A stretch of 64,000 nt of DNA. Source: a virus. Lineage: Duplodnaviria; Caudoviricetes. Numbering within the stretch: position 1 is the stretch's first letter; each line of letters starts with the position of its first letter. The position numbers and the translations under genes were made by a program. The notes beneath the pieces are model-generated. The model was not told where the DNA came from. It saw only the letters and a program-made list of their open reading frames with translations, and searched no databases. Of the stretch, positions 56,258-64,000 are shown piece after piece. Location of the stretch: positions 1,732 through 65,731 of IMG/VR virus record IMGVR_UViG_3300034520_000068; one strand, written 5' to 3'.

Positions 56258-57076
56258 CTAATCAGTTAGATATGTTGCTGAAAAGTCAAGCGTAGAACCA
56301 TTTTGTAACGCACTGACATCTACAGCACTCGATGATGTTTGATTGTCTCCACCTGCGAATAAATATATGTTGCCAGTACCTTGTATTATTTTTCCAGTAA
56401 GAACATCAAAACCAGTTGGCATGTCAAATTTTATAAACCTGGCAATCGCTATCCCTGCGGGATAATTCGCAGCACAGACAAACGGCAGACCGTCTATATA
56501 CAATTCTCCTGCCATAGCGGTATCTTTTGTAGCCACAGCTATACGAGCTTGAATTATAACTACATTATCAATTTTAGTATATTTTCCCGCGTTATAAACA
56601 TAAATTGTGTTTCCTGGTGTTACAGAACCTTTGAAAACAGGTGCCCATGTTCCCTTTTGGATTAATAATCCATGTACTGTCTTTTGAGTCACATTATCGG
56701 CCAAATGCGTAGCAAGTTTGTTCCCATCTGTCTTAGTCCTGTAAACATCCGCCGTAAAAACATCCGTTGCGGTTGCAGACGGGCTTAAAATTATCGCACC
56801 ACCGCCATAATCTATCGTAAAACCACTTGTAATTTGCACACCGTTCTTTTTTATCACAGGAGCAGGAGAAGCCGCCCAGTTGCGCTTTCCTTCGGGAGCT
56901 TGATAAATGCGGTATCTGTCAGTTTCTGATATATATACTTCAGTTAAAGGCACATTGGTTTCAGCCTCTAACTGCACATCAAGAATGTCCTCAATTTTGC
57001 CAATAGCTTCCTGCAGGCCGGAAATATGCGTAGAGCGGATTTCAGAAGTCTGTGGGTCCTGCCAGTTTGTCTTCAT
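56258..57076 (-). CDS. Tail fibre / receptor-binding protein
   Basis: HLAD linker, G.W.P, G.YTKI..VV, I.GLPF head motifs. Confidence 0.65.
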   Translation of the reverse strand: MKTNWQDPQTSEIRSTHISGLQEAIGKIEDILDVQLEAETNVPLTEVYISETDRYRIYQAPEGKRNWAASPAPVIKKNGVQITSGFTIDYGGGAIILSPSATATDVFTADVYRTKTDGNKLATHLADNVTQKTVHGLLIQKGTWAPVFKGSVTPGNTIYVYNAGKYTKIDNVVIIQARIAVATKDTAMAGELYIDGLPFVCAANYPAGIAIARFIKFDMPTGFDVLTGKIIQGTGNIYLFAGGDNQTSSSAVDVSALQNGSTLDFSATYLTD

Positions 57077-57099
57077 AAGATGTCACCACCCTTTAATAA

Positions 57100-57906
57100 T
57101 TAAGACGAGCAATTAGATTTACTCGTCTCATTAGCTGAGTTTAGTTTATTTTTAAGTTCGCTGATTTCTTGTTCAAGTTCACGAATTTTCTGTTGCAATA
57201 TGTCTTTAAGCTTTGGAGTTTTTGCCGCTTGTTTCCCAGATATTTTGGCATGTTGTCTTTCTGGGAGATTTATAAGATTTTCAGGTCTATTATCATTGCG
57301 GATTCCATTAATATGATGGACAACCTCGCCAGGTTCAAGAAATCTGCCTATCTTTTGTTCACAAACAAGAATATGTTCGAAGACATACCCTTTTGAATTT
57401 GCCCTTGGATGCCACGGCGCTTTAACCCTTACGTATCCACTACGTGCATCTTCGATTCTTCCACCTTTCCAATTGCAATGTTGTTCCATTGGCTTCCACG
57501 GAGTGACAAAAGTACCTTTTTTAATTTTTATATTTATCGCTTCTTTAATAGTTCTTTTTGGTACGCCGTGTTTCTTTAAAATTTTATCTACACCAGAGTA
57601 TGATAGCCCAACAATTTTGCCTATCTCATAAGATGAAAGTCCACTCTTATAAAGTTCAATCACTTTTTCATCGGAAAAATTTTGCTTACGCAATGATGGT
57701 CTTGACTTGCCAGTTCTTTTTACGGCTGCCAATTTATTTCTTTCTTCTAATGTTCTAAGTGCATTATGTTCTTTAAGTATTTTTATAATTGGAGCAACGC
57801 TACAGTCGTATTTCTTTGCAATTTCATTTGTTGAAAGGCCGTTTTTGTAAAGTTGAAGTATATCATTTTGATTTTCATAAACTTTTTTACATCTATACAT
57901 AATCAA
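57100..57906 (-). CDS. HNH homing endonuclease
   Basis: HTH repeats, NWKGG, EH....E..IGR.L...EVVHHING.R.DNRPENL; AT-rich insert. Confidence 0.9.
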   Translation of the reverse strand: MIMYRCKKVYENQNDILQLYKNGLSTNEIAKKYDCSVAPIIKILKEHNALRTLEERNKLAAVKRTGKSRPSLRKQNFSDEKVIELYKSGLSSYEIGKIVGLSYSGVDKILKKHGVPKRTIKEAINIKIKKGTFVTPWKPMEQHCNWKGGRIEDARSGYVRVKAPWHPRANSKGYVFEHILVCEQKIGRFLEPGEVVHHINGIRNDNRPENLINLPERQHAKISGKQAAKTPKLKDILQQKIRELEQEISELKNKLNSANETSKSNCSS

Positions 57907-57916
57907 GCCCTCATAA

Positions 57917-58498
57917 TTATACTAATGTAATTTGTAGGCTTAGGCACCAAGTATCCGTAGACGATTTCACGCCATGATTTTCCACTTTGCGGCATAGATT
58001 GACCGCACTATCACTATTGCCGTTCGCTACAGTAAATTCCTGCCACTCGAAAGCCGCTTCGTTTGAGCCAAATGTTGCCCTGAAAGTGATTGTCTGATTG
58101 CTTATCTGTGGATATGTCGGGTCCATAGGCTTATACAGCTTGCTTGAACCCTGCAAGCCGGTTTGAGAAGCCGTAGCAGCTGTTGTCCCGTTGCCTACGC
58201 CAATGTAGGAATTGGCACTGTCAAAATGCGCCGAAGATGCACCTGCTATCAGCTTCCACATCTCCGTTATGCCTTCGGCAAGAAGCATATTTCCTGCAAA
58301 TTCCTCCACGGCATACAGCCTGCCGTGTGCGTCGTACTTCTCAATCTTCCACTTTGGCCGCCACTTTGCGGATTCAACAACACCCATACCAGCATTAACG
58401 GATACGTTGACATCGCCCCTGCCGACAACGGCAAAAGGCGTATTTTTCAAAAGCAGGTTAAGAAAACTTTTCAGGTCCATGCCATCACCCCAAATCAT
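57917..58498 (-). CDS. Putative tail/baseplate structural protein
   Basis: IGVGNG..A.....TGL, F...EA.F.W.E motifs. Confidence 0.55.
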   Translation of the reverse strand: MIWGDGMDLKSFLNLLLKNTPFAVVGRGDVNVSVNAGMGVVESAKWRPKWKIEKYDAHGRLYAVEEFAGNMLLAEGITEMWKLIAGASSAHFDSANSYIGVGNGTTAATASQTGLQGSSKLYKPMDPTYPQISNQTITFRATFGSNEAAFEWQEFTVANGNSDSAVNLCRKVENHGVKSSTDTWCLSLQITLV

Positions 58499-58547
58499 AC
58501 GAAATAGAAAAGCCGTCCCAAAAGGAACGGCTTTCTGCCGATACAGT

Positions 58548-58874
58548 TTATTTCACTGAATCATTCACCTTGCCATCATCCAGCATGTCTTTCGCCAGAT
58601 TATACCATTCTTGCAATTCCTTTCTAAACATATCCTCGGTAATGAACACCCTGAGCCATGCAGGGATAACGGTATAATACATTTTTTGGAATACAGCATT
58701 GAATTTCCCAGTCCCGTATGCGTCGGCATATATCTTTTCTGCCGACAGCATGAGAGCATAAGCCTGCATCCGGAGTTTCGTCCACTGTTTGGTGAGAATA
58801 AGATGTATGACATAAGCCACAAAAGCCGCCACTACAAGGATTACAAACCAATTCTGAATTAGGATTTCCTTCAC
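58548..58874 (-). CDS. Putative holin
   Basis: N-terminal TM then L...AE....G..K; after endolysin. Confidence 0.6.
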   Translation of the reverse strand: MKEILIQNWFVILVVAAFVAYVIHLILTKQWTKLRMQAYALMLSAEKIYADAYGTGKFNAVFQKMYYTVIPAWLRVFITEDMFRKELQEWYNLAKDMLDDGKVNDSVK

Positions 58875-58900
58875 GAAAAATCACTCTCCTAAAAAATTTT

Positions 58901-59521
58901 TTATTTCAGCTTCTCAATCAATCTCACCAATGTCGATGCCAACTCCGCTCTTGTAACATTTCTGTCCGGTTTGAAGCTACCATCTTTATAGCCACTCATA
59001 AGTCCATCAGCAATAACTTTTTTTATGGCCGCCTCCGCCCAGTGACCCTCGTAATCCTTCGCCATATTGTTCAACACCTCCTCGATTTGCACCATGTATT
59101 TGGCGATTTTCTTGGCCCAATTCTTGTCCGTTGCATATTTCACATTCATGCCGGTAAGAGTCGGGCCATTGTAATATTTGCCTGTAGAAGAAAGATAATT
59201 TTTGGCAACATACTTCGCCACATACAAAATGCAGTCCTCGAAAGAATCAAAAGTATATGCGCTGTTATACGGGTCGCTGTCGTATGCGCCGAATCCGAAA
59301 AGGTTTTTCTTATTCTGCGCAATTCTGCTCTTGCCCCAGTTAGATTCGTGCACTGCATGTGCGCAAAGATAATGAGCACTCACACCATATTCCCTTTCGG
59401 CCTCCATAAAAGCCGAACCCAAGCCTGCCATCGGAGTACCTTTGAGGAATTTGTTCAAAACAACATAATTCACATCCGATGGCTTGGTAAGGTCTAAAGT
59501 TAAATACTTATCTATGCTCAT
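58901..59521 (-). CDS. Endolysin: glucosaminidase (GH73) + SLH domain
   Basis: HESNWG.S, NLFG.GA.D, YATD..W; HWA......GLMSGY.DG.F.P...VTRAE. Confidence 0.9.
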   Translation of the reverse strand: MSIDKYLTLDLTKPSDVNYVVLNKFLKGTPMAGLGSAFMEAEREYGVSAHYLCAHAVHESNWGKSRIAQNKKNLFGFGAYDSDPYNSAYTFDSFEDCILYVAKYVAKNYLSSTGKYYNGPTLTGMNVKYATDKNWAKKIAKYMVQIEEVLNNMAKDYEGHWAEAAIKKVIADGLMSGYKDGSFKPDRNVTRAELASTLVRLIEKLK

Positions 59522-59536
59522 TGTCTTACACCTTCT

Positions 59537-60538
59537 TTATTCCAGAAGCTCTATTTCGATATCCTTGTTGCCTTCCACCACATGAATTTTGCGCCTGCCG
59601 ATTGCTGGAAGAATTGCTTCGGCCTCTATCTTTCCGTTGTTGTTTCTCCACCAGTTGATTGATTCGGCATGTTCAGCCTCAAACATACCACGGAAGGGAA
59701 TGACGAAATATCCCGGCGATACAATCTGCGGAGCTATGGTCGCTTCTATAATCCGCTTTTGCAAGTCGGTTATAGCCCAGATTTCCTGTATGCCCCTATA
59801 GTTATACGGCATATAGCACAGGCCGTTCTTTCCCCATTCTTTGCCCCATGAGTTTAAAATAATGAGATATACTTTATTATTCTTCGTAAAAAATCCCACG
59901 CAAGTAAGCGAATGATAGCCCCTGAGACTGCCGCTTGTATACGATGTAAGATATCCGTCTGAACCGACATTATCAAAATCAGAATAAACTCCTATGCATA
60001 CATTTATAGCGCCGCACTTCATTATAGCAGTTCTTATCTCATCGGCATCCTGGCTAATTGCTACATAGGATTTCTTTTTATAGTTAGAGGCTTGCTTTAA
60101 CAATTTGTCTTTATTTTTGAGAACGGCTTCGTAACATTCGGAAAAAGTGCCTATTACTGGCAGACTGTCATATTCGCATACCCCGTCCTCGCAAAGCTGC
60201 GCCCACGCTTCTCTTGGCTCCATGCCCTCGCCCATGTACATTCCCGTGTCACGATTGCCGTAAATCCAGCCTGGAGAAACACGTCTAAAATTGCCTGTTT
60301 CAAGATATTCCTGCTGCTCGGTGATTGCCGCACCTGTAAATGCAACGCACATACTGGTATATCCCTGGTCGTATACTGGAATGTCTTCTTCTTTTTCATA
60401 AGGTGGCACCAAGTAATAGTCGGGAAAATCTTTTTCAACGTCAACAAATTGAGTTAAACGATAGTCTCTATAGTCTGGCCTGGATGGAATTACTCCCAAT
60501 GGCCGTTTGCTAAAATCCATCGTTTCATCCCCTTTCAT
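59537..60538 (-). CDS. Papain-like C1 cysteine peptidase
   Basis: DQG..SMCVAF, GYHS..CVG, LNSWG..WG.NG. Confidence 0.88.
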   Translation of the reverse strand: MKGDETMDFSKRPLGVIPSRPDYRDYRLTQFVDVEKDFPDYYLVPPYEKEEDIPVYDQGYTSMCVAFTGAAITEQQEYLETGNFRRVSPGWIYGNRDTGMYMGEGMEPREAWAQLCEDGVCEYDSLPVIGTFSECYEAVLKNKDKLLKQASNYKKKSYVAISQDADEIRTAIMKCGAINVCIGVYSDFDNVGSDGYLTSYTSGSLRGYHSLTCVGFFTKNNKVYLIILNSWGKEWGKNGLCYMPYNYRGIQEIWAITDLQKRIIEATIAPQIVSPGYFVIPFRGMFEAEHAESINWWRNNNGKIEAEAILPAIGRRKIHVVEGNKDIEIELLE

Positions 60539-61020
60539 TTCTTTTCATCATCCCCTTTTGGGATAACTTCATCTTCTTTCTTCTTCACCCAAAACAAAAG
60601 GGGCTGAAGGTAGTCAGCCCCCGCATCAATCAGATTCTCGATATTGCTGGCGAATTCACGGAAGAATAAAAATGAATAAATCACAGTAGCCACCGCATTG
60701 TTGATATAAGTCAATCCCACAAACCGCATTGAAAGCCCTGCAAGAATTTGTATAACCAGATACGACACGATTTTCACGGATGTTTTATGATACATGGCGT
60801 CTGAACTCCACGCCTTCGTTTTTATCGACCTAATAACGCCGCCATTCTTCATGAATATGGCAAACCATCGGGTAAAAAGGTCCAAAACTACGGCAACCCA
60901 TAAAGCAATACACCATGCAACAAAACTTTTGTTTGGAAACATAAGATATGTTATTGCCGCTCCGAACAAGGCAATAGCAGGCTTTACAGTGGCATATGCT
61001 TTTTCAAAAATCTCATACAT
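60535..61020 (-). CDS. Holin-family membrane protein
   Basis: Several TMs; LD..T, RE..S..ENL...G. Confidence 0.75.
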   Translation of the reverse strand: MYEIFEKAYATVKPAIALFGAAITYLMFPNKSFVAWCIALWVAVVLDLFTRWFAIFMKNGGVIRSIKTKAWSSDAMYHKTSVKIVSYLVIQILAGLSMRFVGLTYINNAVATVIYSFLFFREFASNIENLIDAGADYLQPLLFWVKKKEDEVIPKGDDEKK

Positions 61021-61043
61021 AGCATACCTTCTTTCATGTAAAA

Positions 61044-64000
61044 TTACAGAGCTAAAACAGCCCTGCGGAGTTCACGAGACAATATTTCGCTATCAACCTC
61101 ATCCTCCATATGCATATTCTCTACATTCAGCAAAGGCCCGTTGAATATTTTACGATTATCAACAGAACTGGTCGTAACATTGCTCTGTGACTGTTGCACT
61201 GGCCTTGCATAGAGGGCCGATATCAATGATTCAAGTTTTTTCGACAAATCTGGAGGGAATATCAATTCTCCGGGTGCAAGATAAGCGGCACCATACGATA
61301 GAACCTTTGAACCTTCGTGGGATTTTGGAAGTGTCTTAAGATATTCTTTGGCCTGTTCATAATTCATGCTGTGCAGGTTGTTTGCCACCCTTGAGCTTAA
61401 TTCTTCAAGCTCATCATATAATGATGTGGCCTTTGTCGCTGCGCTTTTGTCGCCTAATACTTCATACTGCCTCTTTAAATCCACTATCTGGCTTGCAAGG
61501 GAATATATCTGTTGATTTTTGCTCATGGATGATGCCGTTTCGTTGTATCTTTCCAGAATATCTTCAATTTCTGAATAATCCCCTGCTTCCAAAGCCTCGG
61601 AAAGCGGTTTAAGATAGTTATCTTTCACCTGTTCAAACATATCCTTCGCCATAGCGCCTGCAGCGGCTATCATATTAATGCTATGTTCGTCAAAGGCTTT
61701 TTCTATCAGCTTATATGATTTTTGTAATTTCTCCCTTTCCTCTCTTGCCGCTTCTTCTATTGCATCTATTTCATCCTCGGCGGCTTTCTTTTTATCCTCA
61801 AGCTTCTGCCTTTGAAGTTCAACTTCTCGGTCATGCTCGGCCTCGTCAATCTGCTTGTTTATATCGGCAACCTTCTGCCGTGCTTCCTCGCTGGTACGAA
61901 CACTCCAATATGCAAGCTGTTCTTTTAGGTCGGCCATTTTCTGCTCATAACTGTATTCGGATTCCTGCCGGTCGAGAAGGTCAAGCTCTTTTTCGATTCC
62001 GTCAATGATTTCTTGCTGTGCCTTTTTCTTGGCTTCGGCTTCATCCTCGATTTGCTGTATGCGCTCATCGTATGCGTCTTTTATGGCTTGTTGCTGTTCT
62101 CTCAAAAGGTCTTTATATAAATCAAACAATTTCTCTGTCCGTCTATATTCATCCTCAACAGAAGCAGCTTTGGTGGAATATAATTGCTTATATGCGTCGA
62201 TTTGCTGCTGAACAGTATAAAGGCCGAGTCTAGCCAGATGCTGGATTCTGGTTTCTTCGCTTGAATAAATATCTTCGGCAAGCTGCTTTCTGAGCTTATG
62301 CAGGTTTATAGTTGCTTCTTTTACTGCTTCTATATTGTTTTTCTGATTTTTCAACACCCGCTCCCATGCGGCAATTTCTTCCTCTGCCGAAAGCTGGTCC
62401 AAAGCCTTCTTTTCATTTATCCAGTTGATTGAATCCTGCAAACGCTTATCTTTGAGCCGCTTTTCCGCATTGTATATCCTTTCCTCGATGTCCATCCGTT
62501 CTTCGGCATTACGGACGTAAAGCTGCTCCACTTTGCGAAGGTATGCGATTTCTTCCTGAATGGAAATCTCATCCATGCGTTTTTTGTGTTCAAGGATTCT
62601 AAGGGCGTTTTGCAGGGCTTCGTTTGTGCCTGCACCGCCGGTGCCGGTTCCGGTGCCTCCCGTATCCGTGCCTCCGGTTGACGTTCCCGTAGCAGTTATC
62701 CCGGCCATTCCTTGTATATGTTTTCTTAATATATCTTGCTCCTCTGCAATTGTTAATCCGACGATTTGTTTATATTGATAAATTTTCTCTACAACTGCGG
62801 ATAATTGCGACATCAGCGTTTCATTCAATTTAATCAACTGCTGTCTTGTATCAATCATATATGTCTGCCCACGGGCGTTTATCGTCGTTTGCGTATCGCC
62901 TTTTGCCAACGTTTCTCTGTTTGCGGCAATTTGCGCTTCTAATCGCCTTTTTTCGGCTTCAAGCTGTGGCAAAGTTGTCTGAGCTTCCTTAAGCATTTTC
63001 TGCCGTTCAAGCTCAAGATCCTGTTGCTTTAATGCTATCGTTTCACGAAGAAGTGGAATATTGGTTACAAGCTTATTTCCTTCTTCGTCGAGGGCGTCCA
63101 CATATTCCGGATATATCGAGGCAAGCTGCTTTTGTATTTCAAGCAATTGGCCCTTAACTTCGCTGTTTTCGCCTGTTTTGCTATGCAATTCTTCATAGCT
63201 ATTAAGAAGTTTTTTGGTTTCTTCGATTTCCTTATCTGTCTGTTCAATTTCTTTTTTCTTGGCATTAACGGCACTTAAGGCATCTTGTAGCGTTTGCTCA
63301 TATGTCTTTTTTGAATTATAAGCATATAAACCTATTGCACCTGTCAGTGCAATCACGCCAGCAGTTATTTGTCCAATAACGGGAGGTAATCCAAATAAAG
63401 CGGCCCCTGCTCCTATAAGAGTTTTTAATCCTTTTGTGGTAAATAATGCCAATACAGCTTGAAGAGCCTTAAAAGCAGCCAAAAGCTCTAATGCGGTTAA
63501 AACCAATGCTTTTGCATTATCGTCCCATTTAGAAAATGCTCTGGCCATATCCGTTGTGGTATCGGTTAATCCTTTGAGTATATCAAGCAACCCTGCATCG
63601 CCCAAAGCTACTGCCAATTGCTGTGCGGCGGCTTTCAGGGAATTGTACTTCTTTTCCAACGTGTCCATTGTGCGTTCATTCTCACGCATGGAATATCCCG
63701 CTGCGTCCATCATATTGTTGAGAACTCCCTGAGCCTGAGCCAGCCTTTCAATCATAGCAATAAAATAATTCCGTCTGTAAACACCGGCGGCGGCCTGAGA
63801 AATGTCCCTCTGCTGCAAGTCATTCCATTGCTGCTGCACGCCGATTGCATTTGCCAATTCTTCGTTATATAGTCCTGCGTCATCGGCAGCCTTGACAAAG
63901 CCGTCCTGGATTTCTGCACTTAGAGTTCCCCATCTTGAGGCTATGTCCTGGAATATCTCCATGACATTCCGGAATTGTGTCCTTGCTTCGTCTGCAAATA
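61044..64000 (-). CDS. Tape measure protein (partial, open at right edge)
   Basis: Long helical/coiled-coil ORF upstream of tail-tip genes; frame open to window end. Confidence 0.88.
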   Translation of the reverse strand, partial: FADEARTQFRNVMEIFQDIASRWGTLSAEIQDGFVKAADDAGLYNEELANAIGVQQQWNDLQQRDISQAAAGVYRRNYFIAMIERLAQAQGVLNNMMDAAGYSMRENERTMDTLEKKYNSLKAAAQQLAVALGDAGLLDILKGLTDTTTDMARAFSKWDDNAKALVLTALELLAAFKALQAVLALFTTKGLKTLIGAGAALFGLPPVIGQITAGVIALTGAIGLYAYNSKKTYEQTLQDALSAVNAKKKEIEQTDKEIEETKKLLNSYEELHSKTGENSEVKGQLLEIQKQLASIYPEYVDALDEEGNKLVTNIPLLRETIALKQQDLELERQKMLKEAQTTLPQLEAEKRRLEAQIAANRETLAKGDTQTTINARGQTYMIDTRQQLIKLNETLMSQLSAVVEKIYQYKQIVGLTIAEEQDILRKHIQGMAGITATGTSTGGTDTGGTGTGTGGAGTNEALQNALRILEHKKRMDEISIQEEIAYLRKVEQLYVRNAEERMDIEERIYNAEKRLKDKRLQDSINWINEKKALDQLSAEEEIAAWERVLKNQKNNIEAVKEATINLHKLRKQLAEDIYSSEETRIQHLARLGLYTVQQQIDAYKQLYSTKAASVEDEYRRTEKLFDLYKDLLREQQQAIKDAYDERIQQIEDEAEAKKKAQQEIIDGIEKELDLLDRQESEYSYEQKMADLKEQLAYWSVRTSEEARQKVADINKQIDEAEHDREVELQRQKLEDKKKAAEDEIDAIEEAAREEREKLQKSYKLIEKAFDEHSINMIAAAGAMAKDMFEQVKDNYLKPLSEALEAGDYSEIEDILERYNETASSMSKNQQIYSLASQIVDLKRQYEVLGDKSAATKATSLYDELEELSSRVANNLHSMNYEQAKEYLKTLPKSHEGSKVLSYGAAYLAPGELIFPPDLSKKLESLISALYARPVQQSQSNVTTSSVDNRKIFNGPLLNVENMHMEDEVDSEILSRELRRAVLAL

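Overview
Nearly complete genome of a temperate tailed (siphovirus-like) phage. The host is probably a Firmicute, likely Clostridia, inferred from the SLH-domain endolysin, sigma-A promoters and GGAGG ribosome-binding sites. The genome appears to be in excised or circularly permuted form: the tape-measure gene starts at 48 running off the left edge and re-enters at the right edge, and an intact attP (3' half of tRNA-Ala GGC) lies next to the integrase. Layout: minus-strand packaging/head/tail operon (1-18.6 kb and 53-64 kb); structured non-coding leader with two tRNA-like elements (18.8-19.4 kb); repeat-rich intergenic block (19.4-20.6 kb); early small-gene region punctuated by twister, hammerhead and twister-sister ribozymes, followed by a repeat-delimited gene array containing a minimal tyrosine recombinase (20.6-26.9 kb); lysogeny module (27.2-29.3 kb); long plus-strand early/replication operon (29.5-51.9 kb). 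The top candidate novel system is at 34437-35782: a RAMP/Cas7-like gene, then a ~200-nt array of GGY-NN pentamers with variable dinucleotides, then a partner gene, suggesting a compact phage RNA-guided system. All calls come from reading motifs by eye; no database searches or folding programs were run.
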